Source: Candidatus Bathyarchaeia archaeon (GTDB taxonomy: Archaea; Thermoproteota; Bathyarchaeia; 40CM-2-53-6). From it: 36,266 nucleotides of DNA. Position numbers and translations under genes: made by a program. Positions 19,503 through 28,552 of this stretch are shown here, piece by piece; position 1 is the first letter of the stretch, and every line of letters begins with the position of its first letter. Below the pieces are notes generated by a model, which was not told the DNA's origin, ran no database searches, and saw only the letters and a list, made by a program, of their open reading frames with translations. The stretch covers positions 1 to 36,266 of the forward strand of contig JBEKSC010000028.1 in assembly GCA_049517415.1 (NCBI GenBank). Reading direction: 5' to 3'.

Positions 19503-19961
19503 TCAGGCTAGTTCCTTTAGGGCTGCTACGACTTCCTCGGTGTGCTTGGAAACGTCAACCTTAGGGAAGACTTTTGCCACCCTCCCATTCTTGTCAATGA
19601 TGAAGGTTATGCGGTTCGTGGACGACCCGATATCTTTGAGGACACCGTAGGCCGTAGCAACTCGCTTGTCTTTGTCGCTAATCAATGGGAACGGTAACTG
19701 GAATTTCTTTGCGAATTTGTCGTGGGACTGAATGCTGTCGAGGCTGACGCCTACTATTTCTGCGCCCATGTCTCTAATTGGTTGTATATTGTCCCTGAAG
19801 CTGCAGGCTTCCCTCGTGCAGCCTGGTGTATCGTCCTTGGGGTAAAAGTAGAGCACGACGTTCTTCTTTCCAACAAAATTCTTTAGTCCTAATCTGCTGC
19901 CGTCCGAGGTTGGCCCTTCAAAGTCGGGAGCTTTGTCTCCTGCTTTGACTTTAATTTCCAT
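19503..19961 (-). CDS. bcp: Peroxiredoxin, BCP/PrxQ type
   Basis: GDKAPDF and VLYFYPKDDTPGCTREACSFRD. Start moved to the ATG at 19961 (MEIKVKAG). Confidence 0.92.
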   Translation of the reverse strand: MEIKVKAGDKAPDFEGPTSDGSRLGLKNFVGKKNVVLYFYPKDDTPGCTREACSFRDNIQPIRDMGAEIVGVSLDSIQSHDKFAKKFQLPFPLISDKDKRVATAYGVLKDIGSSTNRITFIIDKNGRVAKVFPKVDVSKHTEEVVAALKELA

Positions 19962-20001
19962 TGAATGATACACTCCGAATCTTAGGCTTGTTTGGGTGGA
20001 A

Positions 20002-20385
20002 CTATTGTTCACATACGTGGCAGGAATCTATGTCCATGCCTGGTTCTAACTTCTTGTGAAGGTCACACATGTATCTATTTCTGCGAACGTATTCGCACGC
20101 AGCCTCAATTCTGCTCATGACTTCGACCGGTTGTGCTTTCTGGGAAGAGACCATTTCGGCGATTTCCGTGGTGGCTTGGTCGATTTCCCTTATGCCAATG
20201 AGCCTAATCGCGGCGCCTCGTTTCTCGTGGAGGTATTTGCTCACTGCGGGTTGCGTGACTCCTAGAAGTTTAGCCGCTTCCTGTTGTGTCATGCCGTGAT
20301 CTTCGACCAGCCTCTTCACGATAAGCGCTCTAATGGCTGGTATGACGGATTTCGAAGCTAACTCTTCGGGGAGTATCATAGGCAA
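20002..20385 (-). CDS. HTH transcriptional regulator (COG2522-like) with C-terminal Cys/His cluster
   Basis: IPAIRALI..GMTQQEAAKLLGVTQPAVSKYL.EKRG; tail C..MCDLH..CHVC. Confidence 0.85.
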   Translation of the reverse strand: MPMILPEELASKSVIPAIRALIVKRLVEDHGMTQQEAAKLLGVTQPAVSKYLHEKRGAAIRLIGIREIDQATTEIAEMVSSQKAQPVEVMSRIEAACEYVRRNRYMCDLHKKLEPGMDIDSCHVCEQ

Positions 20386-20408
20386 GTTGAAGTTCCACGA
20401 CTCCGAAT

Positions 20409-20422
20409 ATGACGGAGGTTAT
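20409..20422. promoter_or_regulatory. Putative operator ATGAC-N4-GTWAT at the regulator's own promoter
   Basis: ATGACGGAGGTTAT, overlapping the downstream edge of minus-strand TATA TTTATAT (about 20421..20427). Confidence 0.55.
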
Positions 20423-20449
20423 ATAAACGTGCTCTGGCCGCTTTCATAT

Positions 20450-21940
20450 TCAGAGTCTTTCTTGCGTTTCACTCGGTAAAAGAATATCATGCGGTCGCGC
20501 CTCTTCAGCACCTGAAGGGCTAAGGGCTGCAAGTTTTGCTTTCGACCATAGTTCCTGTATGTTTCTTGCGCCGGCGTATCCCATTGAGGCCTTCAAACCT
20601 GAAACGAGTTCATCTAGGACGATGCTCACTTCGCCTTTGTATGGAACCCAGCCTTCCACGCCTTCGGGAACGCCTTTAGATGGCATGCTGTACCGGTCAA
20701 GCGAGTAACGTTTCGCGCGCGCAGTTTGGCTTCCCATCCCTCTATATTGCTTGTAATATCGTCCGCCTATCGTGATTAATGTCCCAGGGGATTCCTTGCA
20801 GCGCGCGAAGAGGTTCCCTACCATAACTGCCGACGCGCCTACAGTTAGCGCAAGGGCAACATCTCCAGGCGTACGAATTCCCCCATCAGCGATGATTGGT
20901 ATCTTTGCGCCATATTTCGTTACGGCGTCTGAAACTTGCGCAGTTGCGAACAGCGTCGGAGACCCTGCCTTGGTTACTTCGGTCGTTGTACAGATCGAGC
21001 CGGAACCAATCCCCACTCTGAAGCCACCGACCTGTTCAAGCTCGGTAATCACGTCTTCAGCTGCCTCGTACGTCCCGATGTTGCCGACAACCACATCCGC
21101 GGAGACTTCTGATATAAGTTTCTTGGTTGACGTGAAGACGTTTTCATTGTGAAAATGTGAAACGTCAGTGACTAGAATGTCGGCGTATTCGTCGAGCTTC
21201 TTCGCCCTATCTAGGTCGAACGGTGACACCGCCGCGGCACAAAGTAGTTGCCCATTCTCGTCCCGAGCGGCGTCTGGGTATTTCCCTCTGAGTAGTATGT
21301 CCTTGAATGTTATGAGCCCTGTCAGTTCTCCGGTTTTTTTCACAATCGGGAGCTTCTCGATTTTGTGATCTCGAAGCAACCTCTTAGCTTCGTCGATGTC
21401 GATTCCTTCTTCAGCCTTCACAACTTCTTTCGTCATTACCTGTCTCACGGAGAGGCTCGGTTGGGCGAACCTAACGTCCCGCCCGGTCACAATGCCAGCA
21501 AGCCTTGTTCCATCAACTACGGGAAGCCCTGAAATGTTGTGTTCTTGCATCAACGCTAAGGCTTGGCCTACACTGTCTTCGGGCGTAACCGTTATGACAT
21601 CTCGGATTATGAGTGCTTCAGCTCTCTTAACGCGTTTCACCATCTCGACTTGTTCTTCCGCTGCGCAGTTCCGGTGAACGACGCCTAGGCCACCCTGTCT
21701 CGCAACAGCGATTGCCATGTCGCTCTCCGTCACCGTGTCCATAGGTGATGAAACGAAGGGAACATTCAAGCCGTGGTTTTTGGTTACGCGTGTCCTTACG
21801 TCAACCTCACTCGGTTCAGCTTCTGCGCGCCCTGGAAGAATCATTACATCCCGGAAGGTAAGGGCAACCTGTATCCCTTCGAATTTTGCGCGAAATGAAT
21901 GCCTCAGCGTTTCCTCAGTTTTCAACGAAGGAACCTGCAA
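20450..21940 (-). CDS. guaB: IMP dehydrogenase with CBS pair
   Basis: LTFRDV, SSPMDTVTE, VGIGSGSICTT (catalytic Cys), IADGGI, YRGMGS, VPEGVEG. Confidence 0.95.
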   Translation of the reverse strand: MQVPSLKTEETLRHSFRAKFEGIQVALTFRDVMILPGRAEAEPSEVDVRTRVTKNHGLNVPFVSSPMDTVTESDMAIAVARQGGLGVVHRNCAAEEQVEMVKRVKRAEALIIRDVITVTPEDSVGQALALMQEHNISGLPVVDGTRLAGIVTGRDVRFAQPSLSVRQVMTKEVVKAEEGIDIDEAKRLLRDHKIEKLPIVKKTGELTGLITFKDILLRGKYPDAARDENGQLLCAAAVSPFDLDRAKKLDEYADILVTDVSHFHNENVFTSTKKLISEVSADVVVGNIGTYEAAEDVITELEQVGGFRVGIGSGSICTTTEVTKAGSPTLFATAQVSDAVTKYGAKIPIIADGGIRTPGDVALALTVGASAVMVGNLFARCKESPGTLITIGGRYYKQYRGMGSQTARAKRYSLDRYSMPSKGVPEGVEGWVPYKGEVSIVLDELVSGLKASMGYAGARNIQELWSKAKLAALSPSGAEEARPHDILLPSETQERL

Positions 21941-21992
21941 TCAAAGGAGATAGCGGCGTTCAGAATTTAAGCTCTAGTTCGGGTCGGGTGAA

Positions 21993-22735
21993 CTAGAATT
22001 CGATCGTAGCTAGATCTGTCCCTATTTGAAGTTCATCACCATAAACGCCCATGGCTTCGTTGTGGAATTCGTTTTCCCTATGTTCGTTAGGAGGAGGGAT
22101 ATGGAAGAGGGCCAAACGCTTCGCATGAACTTCCTTCCCCACACGCCCCACCATACGTGCGGTAGAATGCTTTGTTAACTTCGTGATGTTCAACTGATCT
22201 TCTAGGAACGTTGCTTCGTGCACTAGGAGGTCTACGTTTCTGGCGAGTTCAACGACCGAGGGGCAATAAGTTGTGTCGGCGCTGTAGCAGATCGACTTTC
22301 CTACTGATTCGATTCTGAAGGCTAGGGTAGGGACCGGATGGACCGTGCGACAAGTCTGAACTTTCTCCGCCCTTTGCCCGTAATCCAGTTCGGAGATGGT
22401 TAAGGAAAACTTGAAAAAATCATTCGGGGTGCATGTGTCTTCCAGTAACTTCTGAAAGATCTGTCTGAAACCCTGGGGGCCATAAACCTGTGAGAGGTCT
22501 TGCGGCCATCTATTTGAATTGCCTACAAGAACGGGACCAAGTCTGAGATATGGTCGGCGTGACAATGGGAGATGAAAACGGTGGTCAAGCTTTCTGGGTT
22601 GAGGCCAGAGATTCGTAGGTTTCTCAACGACCCAGGACCCAAGTCGAGCAATATTTCGTCGTCCACCACGATCGAAGGACATGCCCGTTTTGCACTAACC
22701 GAGGAACCACCAGAGCCCAAGAACGTGAGCTTCAA
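21993..22735 (-). pseudogene. RNase Z-like MBL-fold metallohydrolase, disrupted by an in-frame TAG and a frameshift
   Basis: N-part MKLTFLGSGG..LLDLGPG..SHCHADH ends at TAG (22523..22525). That frame continues AIQIDGRKT, then homology (VYGP, TVHPVP, YSADT, LLVHEATF, HST, LFH) resumes in another frame near 22490. Confidence 0.85.
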
Positions 22736-22830
22736 GAAGTTGTCCGCCTTCGAGTCTTGGCTTTCGATCGCTTCGGACGCTTGCGTCTTGTGGGTGGCGG
22801 ATAGATCGGAGTGACGACTTCATCGCTCAA
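22732..22830 (-). CDS. Putative small basic protein (32 aa)
   Basis: MSDEVVTPIYPPPTRRKRPKRSKAKTRRRTTS. TTG start after GGTGA; the stop overlaps the next gene's TTG start (TTGA). Confidence 0.45.
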   Translation of the reverse strand: MSDEVVTPIYPPPTRRKRPKRSKAKTRRRTTS

Positions 22831-23069
22831 AGCATTCACCTTGGCTGTGAAATAGCTGTATCCCTAAGGATTCCCAACGGACGTATTTCATTATCGTAAG
22901 AGAACACCAGGATCCTCGAAGGGACTGTGCATATAACGACCCAGAATTGTAGGTCAGGGTGTAATAGACTCGACTATGATTCACCTGGATAATCCGTTCT
23001 CTCGGCTACGATAAGCACAAATAGAGCAAGCCAAAGGTTGGCTATCGCTAACCTGAGAAGTGACACCTT

Positions 23070-23507
23070 GTGACCAATGGCGCCAGCGGCTTGTTTGCCG
23101 CACGAAAAACAACGAGAGACCGAAGCCGTTTCAGGTGGCACTATAGACCGTACAAGCGTCGTATGTTAGGGTTGGACTCTAAGGCCGACCCATTGCAGGG
23201 AGCGCCGCAGGGCCGCGGCATCGTTCTTGAGAAAGTGGGTGTTGAATCACGCCAGCCGAATAGCGCTGTGCGCAAAGCAGTCCGTGTTCAGTTAATTAAG
23301 AATGGGAAAGTTGTGACGGCGTTTGTCCCAGGCGATGGAGCGCTGAACTTCATCGACGAGCATGACGAGGTGTTGATTGAAGGGATCGGCGGCGCTGAAG
23401 GTAAAGCGATGGGCGATATTCCTGGCATACGCTACAAGGTCTATGGAATTAACTCAGTTTCTCTAGACGCTCTAATGAAGGGGAAGAAAGAGAAACCTAG
23501 GCGCTAA
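23070..23507 (+). CDS. rps12: 30S ribosomal protein S12 (uS12, archaeal type)
   Basis: [58 protein letters not shown]. Confidence 0.97.
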   Translation: MTNGASGLFAARKTTRDRSRFRWHYRPYKRRMLGLDSKADPLQGAPQGRGIVLEKVGVESRQPNSAVRKAVRVQLIKNGKVVTAFVPGDGALNFIDEHDEVLIEGIGGAEGKAMGDIPGIRYKVYGINSVSLDALMKGKKEKPRR

Positions 23508-23532
23508 GCCTATCATTTGCAGGCTTGCTGAA

Positions 23533-24567
23533 TTAGCTCTTTCCGCCTTTCTTCTCACTTGACGCGAAAACTTGAACCGATAAAGCACCGAGCAACAGGA
23601 AACTAAGCACAGCCACAACTGTGGCCGAGGTAAGTAGTAACGGCGAGCCTATCTCTTCTCCCACAAGGATTCCGAATGTTGAGACTATGCAGCAAACTAC
23701 GTCCAGCTGCTTCATAGTTGACCATAGCGAATTAACTTTAGGTCTGCCAAGGCGGCTGCAAATGACGGCTATTGGCCCGATATAGACCGCCCCAATTCCA
23801 AGGGCCGCAATGATTCCGGAGATCGTGATTGCGAGTTCCGCGTTGAACGATAAAATTTGAAAGATTTTGCTAGAAAAAAAGAGGATTCCGATCAACGGGT
23901 AGAGAGCAACCTTCATGGATGACCTTACTATTCCATTAGCAGAGATGAAGGATGCGACTTGGGGGCTGAAACTATAGTAGAAGGCGTTGAAGGCTTTCAT
24001 GAAACTTGTACCCGCCGATGTCCTGAGCACCTGGGCGTCTCTGAAGTAACGTAGTAGGGCAACTTCAGGCGCAACTTCGGAACCATAGGTTGCCGTTGCG
24101 ATGAAGCATTGGCCCGGTGGGCCGTTCGATTGAGAAGAAGAAGACGAAGATGAAGGTGTCGACGAAGATGATGAAGATGTTGAAGTTACGTTGGTCCGTG
24201 GCAGGATTGTGAATTGAGTTTGTCCTTGTGACGATGAGTACCCGGCTCTGCCAACTGACGCGTACACCGTGTATGAGCCTGGAGCAGCACTTGTTGGTAG
24301 AATGAACGCGTCCAGGTAGGCCCCTGAATTATCCGAGTATACCAGATCTATGTGCATCGGCGGGTCGCCCACTTGTATGGAAACGGTTGCACCAGCGACC
24401 GGGTTATTTTGTGAATCCAGAACCTTTCCCGAAATATTGACGGTCCCACCTTGGAGGTAGTGAGGCTGATCTGTGGAAACGGTAACCGTCAAGGATCCTT
24501 GCGAAAACACTAGAGGGACGGCCAGTAGAAGGGAGACGACGAGAAGCAATGGAAGCAATTTTGGCAA
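23533..24567 (-). CDS. Surface protein: Ig-like domain, Ser-rich linker and CFI-box-CTERM domain
   Basis: Signal peptide; STDQPHY..GTVNISGKV domain; CFIATATYGSEVAPEVALLRYFRD..FNAFYYSFSP; several C-terminal TM helices. Confidence 0.85.
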   Translation of the reverse strand: MPKLLPLLLVVSLLLAVPLVFSQGSLTVTVSTDQPHYLQGGTVNISGKVLDSQNNPVAGATVSIQVGDPPMHIDLVYSDNSGAYLDAFILPTSAAPGSYTVYASVGRAGYSSSQGQTQFTILPRTNVTSTSSSSSSTPSSSSSSSQSNGPPGQCFIATATYGSEVAPEVALLRYFRDAQVLRTSAGTSFMKAFNAFYYSFSPQVASFISANGIVRSSMKVALYPLIGILFFSSKIFQILSFNAELAITISGIIAALGIGAVYIGPIAVICSRLGRPKVNSLWSTMKQLDVVCCIVSTFGILVGEEIGSPLLLTSATVVAVLSFLLLGALSVQVFASSEKKGGKS

Positions 24568-24653
24568 GGATGACAGCTAGTTCACCCGTTCCCTTGAAGC
24601 TTTCAGAAGTGTCGGCTAAAGATTTAGTTTATGTTCTTCAAGCTCGTCGGGAC

Positions 24654-25688
24654 TTACTCCAATAGGCCAAGTAGCTTCGCGTCTGCGATTTCCCCACTCG
24701 TCCCGTTGACTATTACTTCTCTGGGGACGAGTCCTCTTTGCATTGGAACCCTTATTATTGGGACATAGATTCGCTTCAACTCTGTTATTTGCAGCTTGTT
24801 ACTGAGGACTTGCTTGAAGCGTTCGGGCATGCTAACCACGTTTTCTCTGAATCTAGTCAAGACTGCTTCTTTTGAAATCGAGTCACGAACACTTACTTTC
24901 ATGCCTCGAACCTTCAGGCCTTCTATGTCGAAGATACGCTTGGTACGCCAAGAGGTTAGCTCAGTTTCTTCATCTCGGGATAGAGAACGACCTGTATTGG
25001 TTACGACCAGCTCACCCTCTGATCTCTTTGTAGCGAGTTCGAGAGCGTCGGCTACTACGAAGTACTTTGATTCGTTTGATAGGAATGAGCCTAATTTTTG
25101 GAGTCGTTCCAGAACGGCTGCGGGGATCAGCCGGCTGTGCTTCCGTTCTAGTATCAAATCCCTGCTCTTGCCTTCCACCTCGACTGCAACAACGTCCTCT
25201 TTGACGTTCACCCTGTAGGAATTGGTTCTAACGTAGTAGCACTCGTGGAAGCCTTTCACTTTCCAAATTGCGACATATTCAACGGTCGGCGTCCCAACTA
25301 TTCGCACTTCATCTTTTGGGCGTTTGAAAAAATCTGAAAGGCGTTCTTTCACTTTTCGATCCGACGAGACAGTAATCTCCACGGCACGTTTGATTGATAT
25401 AGGTTCGATTTTGAAGACGAGTTCTACGACTTGGTTGGCATCCCAACCATTCCCAGTTTTCAAACCTTTGATTTCTTTCTTCTCTGCGGCAACTTCCCCA
25501 ATTTGCTGTAAGCGGCTCGCTAAGTATTCTTCGAGCGCAAGTGAGCGTTGTTCATCCGCGGGCAATTTGTCCTTTGAAGCGTCCAACCCATCTGGAGATG
25601 ACGCCGTTACCGTTTGGCCCAATTCCTCACGTATGTTATTCAGGTCTGAAATTATGTCAGCAAGATCGTAATGTTTCGGGTGCGACAT
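24654..25688 (-). CDS. Hypothetical cytoplasmic protein
   Basis: 344 aa, charged, no TM or signal peptide. Starts 4 nt after the upstream stop codon, so likely co-transcribed. Confidence 0.8.
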   Translation of the reverse strand: MSHPKHYDLADIISDLNNIREELGQTVTASSPDGLDASKDKLPADEQRSLALEEYLASRLQQIGEVAAEKKEIKGLKTGNGWDANQVVELVFKIEPISIKRAVEITVSSDRKVKERLSDFFKRPKDEVRIVGTPTVEYVAIWKVKGFHECYYVRTNSYRVNVKEDVVAVEVEGKSRDLILERKHSRLIPAAVLERLQKLGSFLSNESKYFVVADALELATKRSEGELVVTNTGRSLSRDEETELTSWRTKRIFDIEGLKVRGMKVSVRDSISKEAVLTRFRENVVSMPERFKQVLSNKLQITELKRIYVPIIRVPMQRGLVPREVIVNGTSGEIADAKLLGLLE

Positions 25689-25692
25689 TTTC

Positions 25693-27234
25693 TCAATCCA
25701 TCAAAGCAAATTGGGTTTGCGCTTCCGCCAGGAACGTGCCGCCTTGGGAGATCATTTTGTCAGAAACTAGGGCGTCGACACGATAAACACCGTGGGCTGC
25801 GTTGTTCGGAAGAGTGAAACCTAGGCCATCTTTGATAGTTTCGCCTGAAGTGAGGGTTTCAATGTGAATTCCAATTTGAACAGGCATGCCATTTGGATCA
25901 TGAACTTGAACCCAGACCACTCCCTGGAATGTGGCGCCATTGTTATGGACGACGGCCCAAATCCATACAGTTTGGCCAGCAGAGACTGTTGGCACTGGGT
26001 TGCCAGAGCTGTCTCCAGCGTAGACGGCGCTGATGCTGACGCTCGGAGTGGTTGAGGCCCCGACTACGAATGTCGCACGGGCGGCGGTGCTCAGGTAACC
26101 TACCTGGCTCGCAGTAGCGAAGACGGTGTATGTGCCCAGCGTGGCGCTGGCCGGGAGCATGACTTGTGCTTGGAAAGTTCCCGCCGAATCCGTCTGAATG
26201 CTCTCGAAGAAGACCTGCGTGCCAGTTGGTGAATCAACTTGGACTGACACCGCAGCGTTGGTTATTGCGCTTCCCGTAGCATCGGTAACCTGACCTTGCA
26301 CGGTGACTGTTGCGTTTGGCTGATATTGAGTTTGGTCTGTGGTAACGGTCACGTACAAGTTCGCAGCAGTAGACATGGTCATAACCGTGTTTGCACTTGT
26401 GGTCGCCGTTATCTCTAAGGCGACTTGTGTAGAGAATTCTTGCCCATTGACCCGAGCTACGACTGTAACCTCGTAATTGTCAGCGGGTGTGTTAGGGGAA
26501 GTTACGATAGTTAATGTGGAGTTAAATTCAGGGTCTGCCACGCCTGCGTCGGGCGTGAAGATCGCGACGCTACGTGGTGGGACTCCCCTCGCCACCAGAT
26601 AGATCACTGCTGAAATATCAGCGTTAGGTCCCTGTTCGATTCGGATGTTGAATTTCGCGAAGCCGCCTGCTGAAATGGAGTTCGAAACTGGTTCCACTCC
26701 AAGCACGAATTCCGCAGAGGTGCTGGTTGAGACATTGTTTTCAGATTCTGTTGATGTGCTTAGGGTTGTAGATCCAGATGAAACGGTAGTGGACGCGGAA
26801 ACGATCCCCCCAAGGTTGAATGAGGCGGTTGCGGTTGTGAATTGTACGAGGTCGGCTCGTAACACTTCGAAAACTCCGACATATGCTCCGGAACTCAATA
26901 TTCCTTGAGCGTTGCCCTCTCCACCTTGATCAGTTACGATTGTTGCAACTTGGACACTTGCTGAAGTTGAAGCGGATAAGAAGAGGGCAGTGTAATTTGA
27001 GTCAGGTGTCGCCTGATGAAGTTGTAGGGTCACCTGGCCATTATCTAGGTTCAGGTGTACAGTTCCATTGGCCGCTAGCGGTTCCGTGCTTGTAGGTGAT
27101 CGGAGAAGTTCTATTGATAGGATATTATTAGCTGAAACTACGACGGGTCCGATTCCACCCGCTTGGGCCGCGGCGAATGCCGCTATAGTGCACAGGAAAA
27201 TTGCAATGTTGTTGGCCCGGAATCGGAGGGACAT
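25693..27234 (-). CDS. Secreted multi-Ig-like-domain protein
   Basis: Start moved to the ATG at 27234 (MSLRFRANN; AGAGG upstream; TATA-like TTAAATA near 27273..27279). Signal peptide, about four beta-rich domains with S/T linkers, no C-terminal anchor. Confidence 0.8.
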   Translation of the reverse strand: MSLRFRANNIAIFLCTIAAFAAAQAGGIGPVVVSANNILSIELLRSPTSTEPLAANGTVHLNLDNGQVTLQLHQATPDSNYTALFLSASTSASVQVATIVTDQGGEGNAQGILSSGAYVGVFEVLRADLVQFTTATASFNLGGIVSASTTVSSGSTTLSTSTESENNVSTSTSAEFVLGVEPVSNSISAGGFAKFNIRIEQGPNADISAVIYLVARGVPPRSVAIFTPDAGVADPEFNSTLTIVTSPNTPADNYEVTVVARVNGQEFSTQVALEITATTSANTVMTMSTAANLYVTVTTDQTQYQPNATVTVQGQVTDATGSAITNAAVSVQVDSPTGTQVFFESIQTDSAGTFQAQVMLPASATLGTYTVFATASQVGYLSTAARATFVVGASTTPSVSISAVYAGDSSGNPVPTVSAGQTVWIWAVVHNNGATFQGVVWVQVHDPNGMPVQIGIHIETLTSGETIKDGLGFTLPNNAAHGVYRVDALVSDKMISQGGTFLAEAQTQFALMD

Positions 27235-27382
27235 TTCTTTTCCTCTTAGCCTTCGTATAGCGCATGGCTCCGTATTTAAGTGCTTTTGCGTGCCACACAA
27301 CTACACTTAGAGATGCTGTCTACGTGTGGCGCTAACATACTTCATATATCCTGGCAACTCACGGTTTCTGTGTGAGTTTCCG

Positions 27383-27757
27383 GTGAGCTCTAGGGGTGCT
27401 GACTCCGTCCTAGTTGATTTGCTAAAGAAGATGAATAGAAATATGGAAACAATCTCGAAGAAACTGGACAGGTTAATAGAACTTCAGCGGCCCAGTGGTG
27501 GACAAGGAGCCCGCCCAAATATCTCGCTCCCCGAAGACATGCCCCTTGACGTAACCACTCTGCTCTCTCTTCCGGATCACTTACGTAAGTCAGCCTTGGG
27601 TCTGGCTACACTTCGGGAGGCTACGGCAACTGACCTTTCGAAGGAGACGGGCAGGGTCAGAGCAGTGGAAAGCGATTACCTAAACCAGCTTGTGTCCATG
27701 GGCCTAGTGAAGAAGAAACGTAAGGGTAGAGATGTGTACTTCTACGTGGAGACTTAG
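27383..27757 (+). CDS. Coiled-coil + winged helix-turn-helix protein
   Basis: Heptad-like LVDLLKKMNRNMETISKKLDRLIE, then ATATDLSKETGRVRAVESDYLNQLVSMGLVKKKRKGRDVYF. Start GTG 27383 chosen because TTCATATAT at 27341 looks like its TATA box; the track starts it at 27326. Confidence 0.8.
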   Translation: MSSRGADSVLVDLLKKMNRNMETISKKLDRLIELQRPSGGQGARPNISLPEDMPLDVTTLLSLPDHLRKSALGLATLREATATDLSKETGRVRAVESDYLNQLVSMGLVKKKRKGRDVYFYVET

Positions 27758-27769
27758 GAAGCGGCGCGA

Positions 27770-28552
27770 ATGGGCAAGAGTTTAGCTTTTCACTCCTACA
27801 AGGGTGGAACGGGAAAGACTTCCCTCGTGGTAAACCTTGGCGCACTATTTGCGAAGCAAGGGGCAAACGTGTGCCTGTTAGACTATGACTTTCGCGCTCC
27901 CAGCTTGAATGTTCTATTCAAAGCGAAACCAAAATTCTGGTTAAACGATTACCTTGAGGAAAAGTGCGGAATCATAGATACCCTTGTTGACGAGTCGGAC
28001 CGACTGAACTTACGAGGCAAACTTTGGGTCGGTTTCGCAAATCCCTTGCTCGAAGCTTTGAAGGATATAATGAGTAAGGATAGAAAATGGGAAGTGAAAG
28101 CCCTAACCAAGACGCTCGCATGCAAGAAAGAAATCTTCGAAAAGAAGAAGGTCGACTACCTGCTATTCGACACAAGCCCGGGCGCACAATATTCATCCAT
28201 AAACGCTCTAGCTGGAGCAGACTTGATTTCGCTAGTAATGAAGGCCGACGAATTTGATTTGGAAGGAACGAAAGAACTCTCGAAAGGCGTCTATGAAGCC
28301 CTTGGAAGGAAGTCCGGTATTGTCCTGAACAAGATTCCGATAGAGCAAATAGCTGCAGGTGGCGGCGCAGAGAAGTTCGGAAAGCAGATCGAGTCGGATA
28401 TGGGGCTTCCATTGGTCGGAATGATACCTTGCATGTGCGAACTAATGGCGTACGGCGGCAAAATCATCTACACGATAGAGAAACCCGAACATACATTCAC
28501 AAAATCACTAAGCGAGATTGGTGAAACGCTCAAGAAAATGTCAGTCACTTAG
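27770..28552 (+). CDS. MinD/ParA-family ATPase
   Basis: Deviant Walker A SYKGGTGKT, LLDYDFRAPSL, DYLLFDTSPG, IVLNKIP. Confidence 0.9.
   Translation: MGKSLAFHSYKGGTGKTSLVVNLGALFAKQGANVCLLDYDFRAPSLNVLFKAKPKFWLNDYLEEKCGIIDTLVDESDRLNLRGKLWVGFANPLLEALKDIMSKDRKWEVKALTKTLACKKEIFEKKKVDYLLFDTSPGAQYSSINALAGADLISLVMKADEFDLEGTKELSKGVYEALGRKSGIVLNKIPIEQIAAGGGAEKFGKQIESDMGLPLVGMIPCMCELMAYGGKIIYTIEKPEHTFTKSLSEIGETLKKMSVT

Noticed and set aside
22523..22525. TAG as a pyrrolysine or readthrough codon
   Set aside because: A separate frameshift follows about 30 nt later, no pyl genes are in the window, and TAG serves as an ordinary stop for several other genes here.
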